Source: a virus
Lineage: Duplodnaviria > Caudoviricetes
DNA length: 64,000 nt
Virus record (IMG/VR): IMGVR_UViG_3300042914_002678
Strand: one strand, 5' to 3'
Position numbers and translations under genes: made by a program. Positions 35,924-44,390 of this stretch are shown here, piece by piece (positions within the stretch are counted from its first letter, which is position 1; each line of letters begins with the position of its first letter). Under the pieces are notes generated by a model. The model worked only from the letters and a program-made list of their open reading frames with translations. It searched no databases and was not told where the DNA came from.

Positions 35924-36260
35924 ATTTGTCCCTAAGGGATGGGGATTTGAAAAATGGATTGTAAACAATGAGCAATACTGTGGTAAACTTTTATACTTCG
36001 CACAGGGAAGAAAATGCTCTTGGCATTATCATAAATTAAAAGATGAAACTTTTTACATTCAATCTGGATGCATAAAGTTGTTATATTCTGATAATGATAA
36101 TAGAGAACTTGCTAATATTATTTTCTTAAAGAAGGGAGATAATTTTCACATTTATCCTGGTCTTCGTCATCAGATGATTGCTCTAGAGGATACAGAATTA
36201 TTTGAATTTTCTACTCAGCACTTTGATGAGGATAGTTACAGAATTATTAAAGGAGATTGA
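35907..36260 (+). CDS. Cupin-fold sugar isomerase-like protein
   Basis: VPKGWGFEKW, CSWHYHKLKDETF, HQMIALEDTELFEFST. Confidence 0.82.
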   Translation: MSSSIKFVPKGWGFEKWIVNNEQYCGKLLYFAQGRKCSWHYHKLKDETFYIQSGCIKLLYSDNDNRELANIIFLKKGDNFHIYPGLRHQMIALEDTELFEFSTQHFDEDSYRIIKGD

Positions 36261-37117
36261 TTATGATTGGTATGAATAAGTTGGGACAAAAGGGTAGACT
36301 GGGAAATCAATTATTTCAGTATGCTGCTTTAGTTGGGATTGCTAAGAATATGGGATATGACTTCTGTATTCCCGATCATTCAAAGGCAACTTGGTTTGAT
36401 CAACAAGTTGATGGAAATACTGTAACTGTATATCATCAACTTCAGCATCTTTTTGAGATGAACTATCTGGATGGTAGATTTGGTGAAGTTGATGGATATG
36501 ATATTGATGTACACCAAGCGGAATTTTGTGAAGAACTCTTTAATGAATGTCCAGATAATTCAAGTCTTCTTGGGCATTTTGAGTCATACCACTATTTTAA
36601 AAATGCTGAAGAAGAACTCCGTAAAGACTTTGTAGTGCGTGAGCACCTAGTTGAAGCAGCATCAAAGTTTCATAAAGATAAAGGAACCCAGAATCCTGTA
36701 TGTGTAAGTGTTCGACGGGGTGACTACATTAAGTTTCAAGATCATCACCCTCCTTGTGTAGAATCATACTATAGAGAGTGTATGGAAAAACTTGGAAAGG
36801 AACGTCAATATGTTATAACTTCTGATGATATTGAATGGTGTAAAACCGTCTTTATTGGAGATAATTTTATATTCAATGACGATGCACCTGAAAATGTGTA
36901 TAAACCTCATTTTGATTTTGCTGTTGGAACTCTATGTGACGATTTCATTATTGCGAATAGTACTTTCTCTTGGTGGATTGCTTGGGTTGGTGGAAAGAAG
37001 GATAAGCAAATTTTTATTCCTAAACCATGGTTTGGACCTGCTCTTTCTCACATTGATACTGAAGGATATTATGTTCCTGGTATGAATATTGTTGAAAGAG
37101 AGATTATAAGACTATGA
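36257..37117 (+). CDS. Glycosyltransferase family 11 (alpha-1,2-fucosyltransferase-like)
   Basis: GRLGNQLFQYA, VRRGDY, IIANSTFSWW. Confidence 0.9.
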   Translation: MIMIGMNKLGQKGRLGNQLFQYAALVGIAKNMGYDFCIPDHSKATWFDQQVDGNTVTVYHQLQHLFEMNYLDGRFGEVDGYDIDVHQAEFCEELFNECPDNSSLLGHFESYHYFKNAEEELRKDFVVREHLVEAASKFHKDKGTQNPVCVSVRRGDYIKFQDHHPPCVESYYRECMEKLGKERQYVITSDDIEWCKTVFIGDNFIFNDDAPENVYKPHFDFAVGTLCDDFIIANSTFSWWIAWVGGKKDKQIFIPKPWFGPALSHIDTEGYYVPGMNIVEREIIRL

Positions 37118-37920
37118 TGGATTTAACTTTCTTAATTCCAACTAGAATCGAAACCGAAGATAGGTTGAGAAATATTATTTCATCTGTTTCTTATCTTCTT
37201 GCATACGTTCCTGCAAAAGTGATTGTAAAGGAAGTTTCTGGTCGCAATACATTTAAGTTTAGAGCTCTACCTGAGATTAAAAAAAGGGTTAGTACAGAAA
37301 ATCTAACTCATTTGTATGAGGAAAATAATGATCCTTTATTCTGCAAGAGTAAAGTTTTAAATGATTTGATAGTTGCTTCGGATACAAAAGTTGTTGCAAA
37401 CTATGATGCTGATTGTATCCTTCCACTGTCTTCATACCACCAGGCATATGGTGCAATTAACGATGGACATGCAGATGTAGTATATCCATATGGATGTGGA
37501 ATCTATCAGTGGAGAGCAGAATACAATATGGATATCTTTGAAGACTTTATGAATAAGTTGGATATATCTGTTCTTGACAGAAATAAAACACTATCCAACT
37601 CTACAATTGGATGGACACAGTTTATCAATAGGCAGAAGTATATTGATTCCTATATGATGAATGAAAACTTTGTTTCCTGGGGATGCGAAGATGATGAGTT
37701 TTATTTTCGTATGAGTACTTTGGGAAATCGTATTGCAAGAATTGATAACTATGTCTATCACTTGGAACACGGTAGAACTCACAACTCTTGGTTTAGTAAT
37801 CCAAACTTCAATAACAATTGGACTCTGTGGAATACAATTAAAACATTTGACAGAAACCAATTGGTAGAGTATTATGAAAATCAAGACTATCTAAAAACAC
37901 GTAAAGCACAATTGAAATGA
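37114..37920 (+). CDS. GT-A fold glycosyltransferase (GT2/GT7-like)
   Basis: FLIPTR, DAD motif, ENFVSWGCEDDE. Confidence 0.8.
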   Translation: MMDLTFLIPTRIETEDRLRNIISSVSYLLAYVPAKVIVKEVSGRNTFKFRALPEIKKRVSTENLTHLYEENNDPLFCKSKVLNDLIVASDTKVVANYDADCILPLSSYHQAYGAINDGHADVVYPYGCGIYQWRAEYNMDIFEDFMNKLDISVLDRNKTLSNSTIGWTQFINRQKYIDSYMMNENFVSWGCEDDEFYFRMSTLGNRIARIDNYVYHLEHGRTHNSWFSNPNFNNNWTLWNTIKTFDRNQLVEYYENQDYLKTRKAQLK

Positions 37921-38735
37921 TAGGATTTAATGCACTTGGGCGAATGGGAAGGTTTGCCAATCAGATGTTCCAATATGCAGCCTTAAAAGGTATTTCCAGA
38001 AAAATTGGAACAGATACTTGTATCCCTAATCATACTCAAGTAGTTGATGATGGAATTGGAAATAAATTAAGGACTGAATTGTTTGATTCTTTTAATCTGA
38101 ATACAAAAGTTGGTCTCCTTAACAATGGACACGCTCCTGTTGTTAATGAGAGATTTTTTCATTTTGATGAAGAACTTTTTAATCTCTGTCCAGACCACGT
38201 AAGTCTTCAAGGATATTTTCAAACAGAAAAATATTTCAAGCATATTGAAGATGAAATCAGAGAAGAGTTTACCTTTAAAGGTGAAATTCTTTCTCCTTGT
38301 AAAGAAATGATTTCTTCTGTAGATAATCCGATTGCTTTACATGTTCGTCGAACAGATTATGTAACTAATAGTGCAAATCATCCTCCTTGTTCTTTGGAGT
38401 ATTATGAGGCAGCATTGGAGCATTTTGATAAAGATAGAAACGTTATTGTGTTCTCTGACGATCCTGCCTGGTGTAACCAACAAGAATTGTTTTCTGATGA
38501 TCGATTTATGATTTCCGAAAATACAGACAACAGAGTTGACTTATGTTTGATGTCTCTTTGCGATGATTTTATTATTGCAAACTCATCATTCTCTTGGTGG
38601 GGAGCTTGGTTATCAACAAATGAAGATAAAAAAGTCATTGCACCTTCACAGTGGTTTGGAAAGGAAGGATACACAAAAGATCATGACACTAAAGATTTAA
38701 TCCCAGATAGTTGGACTAGAATTACCAATGGATAA
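37917..38735 (+). CDS. Second GT11 family glycosyltransferase
   Basis: GRFANQMFQYA, HVRRTDY, IANSSFSWWGAWL. Confidence 0.9.
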   Translation: MIGFNALGRMGRFANQMFQYAALKGISRKIGTDTCIPNHTQVVDDGIGNKLRTELFDSFNLNTKVGLLNNGHAPVVNERFFHFDEELFNLCPDHVSLQGYFQTEKYFKHIEDEIREEFTFKGEILSPCKEMISSVDNPIALHVRRTDYVTNSANHPPCSLEYYEAALEHFDKDRNVIVFSDDPAWCNQQELFSDDRFMISENTDNRVDLCLMSLCDDFIIANSSFSWWGAWLSTNEDKKVIAPSQWFGKEGYTKDHDTKDLIPDSWTRITNG

Positions 38736-39531
38736 AAATAAATCTGCACATAAATTAAAAGGTCTTCCGAAGATTTACTGGTTAAATTTAGACGCCGATA
38801 CAGAAAGACGTGAGTATATGGAGCAGCAGTTCCAATACTGGGAGATTGAAAACCATACTCGCATCTCTGGATATGATGGTAGAGTTGATGATGTTGCTTG
38901 TCATCTTAAAGGAAGGATTCCTGACAATGTAAGTCAAAATGAACTTGGTTGTTGTATGTCTCATCTTAAGGCAATTAAAACCTTTTATGAGGAGACTGAT
39001 GATGAATATTGTTTGATTCTTGAGGATGATGTAAATTTTGATATTGTAAAATATTGGAACTTTACTTGGACAGAGTTTTTCTCTCTTGCTCCTTATGATT
39101 GGGATTGTTTGCAACTAACAACTATCTGTACTGGTGATATTCATGTTAGATTGCATTTGAAGTTTATTAATGATTTTTCTGCAGCAATTTATTTGATTAC
39201 TCGTCATCATGCTGCAAAACTAATGAGAAATCATGTTCGTGGAGATAAATTTAAATTAGATAATGGTGTAAAACCAAGGGCTGTTTCTGAAGATACAATT
39301 TTAGAAACGGGTAAGACATATACAATTCCTTTATTTTTGTATAACTTGAATATGGGGTCTACTATTCATACTGACCACCTTAGTATCTTCCATAAAGGAC
39401 CACACGATGCTTTGCTAAATTATTGGCAACAACAAGGTGCTACGATCGATATTAGGGAACATATGAATTATGATCCTTATTTGGGTAGAATCGTTGAGAG
39501 TTCTGCACCCCCACCACAACAAAATGCTTGA
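38728..39531 (+). CDS. Glycosyltransferase family 25
   Basis: YWLNLD...ERR, LGCCMSH, LILEDD. Confidence 0.85.
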   Translation: MDKNKSAHKLKGLPKIYWLNLDADTERREYMEQQFQYWEIENHTRISGYDGRVDDVACHLKGRIPDNVSQNELGCCMSHLKAIKTFYEETDDEYCLILEDDVNFDIVKYWNFTWTEFFSLAPYDWDCLQLTTICTGDIHVRLHLKFINDFSAAIYLITRHHAAKLMRNHVRGDKFKLDNGVKPRAVSEDTILETGKTYTIPLFLYNLNMGSTIHTDHLSIFHKGPHDALLNYWQQQGATIDIREHMNYDPYLGRIVESSAPPPQQNA

Positions 39532-39557
39532 CATGATCCCAAAGAGAGTGTTAAAAT
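39528..39557 (+). promoter_or_regulatory. Sigma70-type promoter of the porin gene
   Basis: TTGACA, 18 nt, TAAAAT. Confidence 0.65.
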
Positions 39558-39615
39558 AGTCAGACCTTGAGGAAACTTAAGGTTTTTTTCATATTCTATA
39601 GAAGAAATAAATTTT

Positions 39616-41109
39616 ATGAAACTCAAACAACTGATGCTTGCACCTGTTGCTCTGGGAATGGTTGCCCCTGTTGCTGCGAATGCCGCAGACCTTAATATGG
39701 CAGCAGTCAATCAATATTCCTCTGAGCAGGTTACTAGCGTCAACCAACTTTCTGATGTGCAACCAACCGATTGGGCATATCAGGCACTTAGCAACCTCGT
39801 AGAGCGTTATGGTTGCGTTGCTGGTTATGCCAACGGCACTTATGGTGGCAGTAAGGCAATGACCCGCTATGAGGCAGCAGCACTTCTGAATGCTTGCCTG
39901 GATCGTGTAACTGAAAATACTGATGAACTCAAGCGTCTTGCTGATGAGTTCCGTAATGAACTGACTGTTATTCAAGGTTCTGTTGCTAAACTGGAAACTC
40001 AGGTTGGACAACTTGAAGCAACCCAATTCTCAACCACTACTAAACTGAAAGGTGAAGCATCTTTCGTTCTTGGTGGTGTTGATAATGCTTGGACCCCTGG
40101 TTCTACTGCAAGCACCAATGTTGGTAATACTGCTTTTAATTACGATCTTCGTATCAATCTTGATACTTCTTTCACTGGTAAAGACCTGCTCCGCACTCGT
40201 CTGCGTTCTGGCAACTTCTCTTCACAACCCTTTGGTTCTTCTTCTTCCCTGTTCAAACTGGACAAGGCAGAGAGTACTGCTGATGCTGTGAAACTTGACC
40301 GTCTGTACTACAGCTTCCCTGGACTTGCTAAGGGTGTGACTCTGACTGCTGGTGCTCTGGTTCGTAACACTGAGATGACTTGGATTCCTTCTGCTTATAA
40401 GTCGGATGTTCTGGACTTCTTCCAACTTGCTGGTGCCCCTGGTGTCTATAACAAGGCAACTGGTTCTGGTTTCGGTGCTCAGTGGGTCCAAGGTAAAAAG
40501 GGTTTTGTTGCTGGTCTGAACTATGTTGCTCAAGGTGGATCTGATTCCACTAAAGGTGAGTTTAACGAAAAGGGTTCTCTGAACACTCTTGCTCAGATTG
40601 GTTATCGTGCTCCTAATTATGGCGCTGCATTCGGTTATCGTTATGGTACTGAAGGCACCCGTGTTCGCACTTTCAACGGTATTCTTGGTTCTTCTGGTGC
40701 TCTTGCTCCTGGTCAAACCTCTAATGGTTATGCTCTGAGTGCTTACTGGCAACCTTCCAAGTCTGGCATCATTCCTTCTGTGAGTGGTGGTTACGGTTGG
40801 AACACTGTAAGCTTGAATGCTGAAGGTCAAGCAACTCCTAATGGTGCTACCGATTCGCAAACTTGGTATGCTGGTCTCCAGTGGTCTGATGTGTTTGCTA
40901 AGGGCAACTCTGCTGGCTTCGCTATCGGTCAACCTGGTAATGCAGAAGGTCTTGAGAAAGACGCAACGATGTGGGAAGTATTCTATAAGTATCGTGTAAG
41001 CGATAATATTACAGTTACTCCTGCAGTGTTCTATGTGTCAAACAATCAGGCACTTGCAGATACCTCCTCTAACTATGGTGGGGTAGTTCAAACTACTTTC
41101 CGTTTCTGA
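39616..41109 (+). CDS. Cyanobacterial SLH-domain outer-membrane porin (Som/OprB-like)
   Basis: Signal peptide, SLH SDVQPTDWAYQAL...TRYEAAALL, coiled coil, QFSTTTKL and C-terminal TTFRF. Confidence 0.93.
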   Translation: MKLKQLMLAPVALGMVAPVAANAADLNMAAVNQYSSEQVTSVNQLSDVQPTDWAYQALSNLVERYGCVAGYANGTYGGSKAMTRYEAAALLNACLDRVTENTDELKRLADEFRNELTVIQGSVAKLETQVGQLEATQFSTTTKLKGEASFVLGGVDNAWTPGSTASTNVGNTAFNYDLRINLDTSFTGKDLLRTRLRSGNFSSQPFGSSSSLFKLDKAESTADAVKLDRLYYSFPGLAKGVTLTAGALVRNTEMTWIPSAYKSDVLDFFQLAGAPGVYNKATGSGFGAQWVQGKKGFVAGLNYVAQGGSDSTKGEFNEKGSLNTLAQIGYRAPNYGAAFGYRYGTEGTRVRTFNGILGSSGALAPGQTSNGYALSAYWQPSKSGIIPSVSGGYGWNTVSLNAEGQATPNGATDSQTWYAGLQWSDVFAKGNSAGFAIGQPGNAEGLEKDATMWEVFYKYRVSDNITVTPAVFYVSNNQALADTSSNYGGVVQTTFRF

Positions 41110-41131
41110 TAAACTACTCATAATATGAGTG

Positions 41132-41159
41132 GAAGCACCCCTTTCTGGGGTGCTTTTTT
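41132..41159 (+). terminator. Intrinsic terminator after the porin gene
   Basis: aagcacccc-tttct-ggggtgctt plus T-run. Confidence 0.85.
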
Positions 41160-41172
41160 ATGAAAACCAAAC

Positions 41173-41217
41173 CTTAACCAAATCTTAGTGGACTTTAAAG
41201 TTTCCTTCCAGTATTAT
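41173..41217 (+). promoter_or_regulatory. Putative Pho box promoter upstream of pstS
   Basis: cttaacca / cttagtgg / tttaaagt at about 11-bp spacing, followed by a -10-like TATTAT (41212). Confidence 0.6.
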
Positions 41218-41252
41218 TACTTACGAAGTCAATTCACTTCTAAAACTCTTTT

Positions 41253-42215
41253 ATGAAACTCAAAAACTTTATTGCTATTGGTCTAGTTGCTGCTCCTGCT
41301 GCTGCTCTTGCTGGACCTGCTCTGAATGGTGCTGGTGCTACCTTCCCTGCACCGATTTATCAACGATGGTTCCAAGATTATGCACGAACTTCTGGGAATA
41401 GGGTTAATTATCAGTCCGTTGGTTCTGGCGCTGGTGTTCGTCAATTTATTGCGGGCACAGTTGACTTCGGAGCAAGTGACGAACCAATCAAACCAGCAGA
41501 AGCAGCAAAGGTGAAGCGTGGTGTCGTTCAAATCCCTATGGTTGGTGGGACGATTGCTGTTGCTTATAACAAGCCTGGATGCAAACTGAAACTAACCCAG
41601 AAGCAAACTGTTGATATTTTTTCTGGTCGCATTAAGAACTGGAACCAAGTTGGATGTACTGCTGGTCCTATGACTGTGGTTCATCGTTCTGATGGTTCTG
41701 GAACCACTTATGCATTCACTAACTCTCTGGATGCTTTTGGTGGTTGGAAACCTGGTGTTGGTAAATCTGTAAATTGGCCTGTTGGTGTTGGTGCCAAGGG
41801 TAACGAGGGTGTCTCTGGAACTATCAAAAACACTCCTGGTGGCATTGGTTATGTGAATACAGGATTTGTCCGTGCCAACAAACTTCAAGCAGCAGTTCTT
41901 CAAAACAAAGCAGGTAAGTTCGTTGGACCTTCTGCTGTGACTGGCTCTGCTGCTCTGAATGGTATTACTCTAGATGCAAACCTTGCTGGTGAGAACCCCA
42001 ATCCTGCTGGTGTAAATGCATACCCCATTTCTACCCTGACTTGGATCCTTGCATATAAGAAAGGTAATGGTGCAAAAACGAATGATATCCGTGCCGCTAT
42101 CAATTATGCTTTAAGCACTAAGGCACAATCTATTGCTGATGACCTTGGATATGTTCCTCTTTCGGGAAGTGTTCTCAATAAAGCACGTCTTGCTGTTGGT
42201 CGTATCGGTCAATAA
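41253..42215 (+). CDS. pstS: Phosphate ABC transporter substrate-binding protein
   Basis: GAGATFP, YQSVGSGAG, DFGASD, HRSDGSGTT, GAKGNEGV, YPISTLTW. Confidence 0.97.
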   Translation: MKLKNFIAIGLVAAPAAALAGPALNGAGATFPAPIYQRWFQDYARTSGNRVNYQSVGSGAGVRQFIAGTVDFGASDEPIKPAEAAKVKRGVVQIPMVGGTIAVAYNKPGCKLKLTQKQTVDIFSGRIKNWNQVGCTAGPMTVVHRSDGSGTTYAFTNSLDAFGGWKPGVGKSVNWPVGVGAKGNEGVSGTIKNTPGGIGYVNTGFVRANKLQAAVLQNKAGKFVGPSAVTGSAALNGITLDANLAGENPNPAGVNAYPISTLTWILAYKKGNGAKTNDIRAAINYALSTKAQSIADDLGYVPLSGSVLNKARLAVGRIGQ

Positions 42216-42251
42216 TGTAAGCATTTATACTTACTAAAGTCAGAATTCTCT

Positions 42252-42320
42252 AACAAGGGTGGGTTTCCCCCTTGTTTTTTCTTTAGATTTCCTATATAAT
42301 TGTGTAACAGTTCTTTACAA
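42252..42320 (+). promoter_or_regulatory. Terminator/promoter fusion with an HLR1-like site upstream of hli
   Basis: Hairpin aacaaggg...cccttgtt. TTGTTT (42272), 17 nt, TATAAT (42295). GTAACAGT-tc-TTTACAAA just downstream of the -10. Confidence 0.6.
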
Positions 42321-42327
42321 AACCATT

Positions 42328-42537
42328 ATGACTGTAACAACTAATGATCGTGGGCAACAAAACATGTGGGCAATTGAGCCACCTGTTTACATTTCTGATG
42401 AAGATGCAAAGAAGTATGGGATGAAAAGTTATGCTGAACGAGCCGAATCTGCTAATGGTCGCTGGGCTATGCTTGGGATCGTGGCTGGTTTTATCTCTTA
42501 TGCCCTGACAGGGAATCTGTTTTTTGGTGTAATTTGA
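42328..42537 (+). CDS. hli: High-light-inducible protein
   Basis: AESANGRWAMLG chlorophyll-binding motif. Start at 42328. Confidence 0.95.
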   Translation: MTVTTNDRGQQNMWAIEPPVYISDEDAKKYGMKSYAERAESANGRWAMLGIVAGFISYALTGNLFFGVI

Positions 42538-42546
42538 GACTTGACA

Positions 42547-42633
42547 ATGACTTCAATTATCTTTACAATGACTAGTGTTGCCTTTTTTGTTTTACTGGCA
42601 CACTCAGTCAATCAACTTTCAGAAACTTATTAA
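42547..42633 (+). CDS. Small hydrophobic peptide (28 aa)
   Basis: Manual: MTSIIFTMTSVAFFVLLAHSVNQLSETY*. Confidence 0.5.
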   Translation: MTSIIFTMTSVAFFVLLAHSVNQLSETY

Positions 42634-42636
42634 TTT

Positions 42637-42927
42637 ATGACGTACAATGTTACTCTCCGCTCTCCCGATGGCACCGAAACCATTATTCAGTGTGATGAGG
42701 ATACTTACATTCTTGACGCAGCAGAAGAGGTGGGTGCCGATCTTCCATATTCCTGCCGTGCAGGTGCATGTTCATCTTGTGCAGCAAAAGTAATTGAGGG
42801 GACAGTTGATAACGAAGATCAAACATTTCTTGATGATGACCAACTCGCAGAAGGATTTATTCTGACTTGTACTGCATATCCTAAATCGGATTGTGTTATC
42901 CTCATTGAGCAAGAGGAAAATCTGTGA
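42637..42927 (+). CDS. petF: Plant-type [2Fe-2S] ferredoxin
   Basis: [12 protein letters not shown]...LTC. Confidence 0.97.
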   Translation: MTYNVTLRSPDGTETIIQCDEDTYILDAAEEVGADLPYSCRAGACSSCAAKVIEGTVDNEDQTFLDDDQLAEGFILTCTAYPKSDCVILIEQEENL

Positions 42928-43199
42928 CTGCTGGAATGCTTGGGCAGTTCGCACTCGCTCTTCAAGAACTGGGATGGGACGCCAACGATGAACTCTCTGT
43001 TGAGATTGGTGGCGTAGCAGTAACTGGAACTGCAACTCACCCAGACGCAAACGCAAAGTGGGCGAAACCATTTGGAACCGTAACTTACCAGAACGACGCT
43101 TTTATTGTTATCAAGAATAAAACCAGAAGTCCTATGGTTTTCTCCCAACCCAATCCAGAACTTAAACAACAACACCCTTACAAAGGAGAAAAACAATGA
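42924..43199 (+). CDS. Conserved cyanophage hypothetical protein
   Basis: 91-aa ORF coupled to petF and hli. Confidence 0.75.
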   Translation: MTAGMLGQFALALQELGWDANDELSVEIGGVAVTGTATHPDANAKWAKPFGTVTYQNDAFIVIKNKTRSPMVFSQPNPELKQQHPYKGEKQ

Positions 43200-43303
43200 A
43201 CGAAAGAGCAGAACGTATTAATGGTTGGGCAGCAATGATCGGTATTATTGCTGCGATGGGTAGCTATGCTGCCACTGGTCAGATAATCCCCGGAATCTGG
43301 TAG
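43196..43303 (+). CDS. hli: Second, minimal high-light-inducible protein (35 aa)
   Basis: Manual: [43 protein letters not shown]. Confidence 0.92.
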   Translation: MNERAERINGWAAMIGIIAAMGSYAATGQIIPGIW

Positions 43304-43307
43304 ATTT

Positions 43308-43355
43308 ATTACGTAACTACTTATTTTTATAAATAATTTAAAGTAGTTACGTAAT
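43308..43355 (+). promoter_or_regulatory. 15-bp perfect inverted repeat with a late promoter in its loop
   Basis: attacgtaactactt (43308-43322) / aagtagttacgtaat (43341-43355). TATAAATA at 43328. ATG at 43359. Confidence 0.8.
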
Positions 43356-43358
43356 ACT

Positions 43359-43784
43359 ATGTCTGGGAAGGGAAACCCCAAAGGAAATATACCTTGGAAT
43401 TCTGGTAAAAAAGGCACTTATAAAAATGTAGAATATCATATTAAATCAAATGGTGAAATATGGGGCATTAGAAAAAATAAGTGCTATCTAATAGAAGGTT
43501 GGATAAACAAAAAAGGATATCGGTCATATACCATAAATGGTAAATCTATTGATGGTCATAGACTTGTTGCTGAAAAATACCTCCCTAATCCAGAAGGTAA
43601 AGAACAAGTAGACCATATTAATAGGATACGACACGATAATAGAGTTGAAAACCTTCGTTGGGTTACTAGAAAAGAAAATGGTGAAAATAAAATTTGGGGT
43701 GGAACCGAAGAAAATGCTATTAATTTTTTAAAAGAAATGGGATATACTATAATTCCACCAAAAACTATTAAGGAGAAAAATTAA
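43359..43784 (+). mobile_element. Free-standing HNH homing endonuclease
   Basis: GHRLVAEKYLPNP...VDHINRIRHDNRVENLRWVT, with an N-terminal IPWNSGKK (NUMOD-like). Confidence 0.88.
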
Positions 43785-43785
43785 A

Positions 43786-44325
43786 ATGGAGGTTAAAATG
43801 CGTAGCGAAGGTTATACTATTCCTGAAGTTCAATTTGAATTTCGGGAATCTGGTGAATTTGTAACTCGTACATCTTCCGAACTTTTCAATGGAAAGCGTG
43901 TGGTCATTTTTAGTCTGCCTGGTGCTTTCACTCCTACTTGCAGTGCCTATCAGCTTCCTGGATTCGAAGAGAAATACGACGACTTTGTTGGTCTCGGCAT
44001 CGATGATATTTACTGTATCTCTGTTAATGATGGGTTTGTAATGAATGCCTGGGCTAAAGACCAGAAAATTGAGAAAGTAACTCTCATTCCAGATGGCAAT
44101 GCATATTTCACACGTTCTATGGGAATGCTTGTCAATAAGTCCAACCTTGGTTTCGGCAATCGCTCTTGGCGTTATGCTGCGGTCGTGGATAACGGAATCA
44201 TCGAAAAACTATTCGTTGAAGCGGGGCAACGGGACAATGCTGACACCGACCCTTACGAAGCGACTACTCCAGAAAATGTTTTCGAATATGTGAAAACAAC
44301 AGTTCGAGAAACTGTTTCTGCTTAA
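43786..44325 (+). CDS. Peroxiredoxin (PRX5-like)
   Basis: FSLPGAFTPTCS, CISVNDGFVMNAW, RSWRYA. Confidence 0.93.
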   Translation: MEVKMRSEGYTIPEVQFEFRESGEFVTRTSSELFNGKRVVIFSLPGAFTPTCSAYQLPGFEEKYDDFVGLGIDDIYCISVNDGFVMNAWAKDQKIEKVTLIPDGNAYFTRSMGMLVNKSNLGFGNRSWRYAAVVDNGIIEKLFVEAGQRDNADTDPYEATTPENVFEYVKTTVRETVSA

Positions 44326-44390
44326 ACATAATTAAGCGTCTCAAAGAGGCGCTTTTTTTATAAATATCTGAGTGTTTAGAGTAATATCCA

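Noticed and set aside
39589-40932. 145-aa and 236-aa antisense ORFs
   Set aside because: Antisense to the porin gene, explained by its codon bias, with no recognisable domains.
42772-43417. Three minus-strand ORFs over petF/hli
   Set aside because: They overlap well-supported + strand genes and have no motifs.
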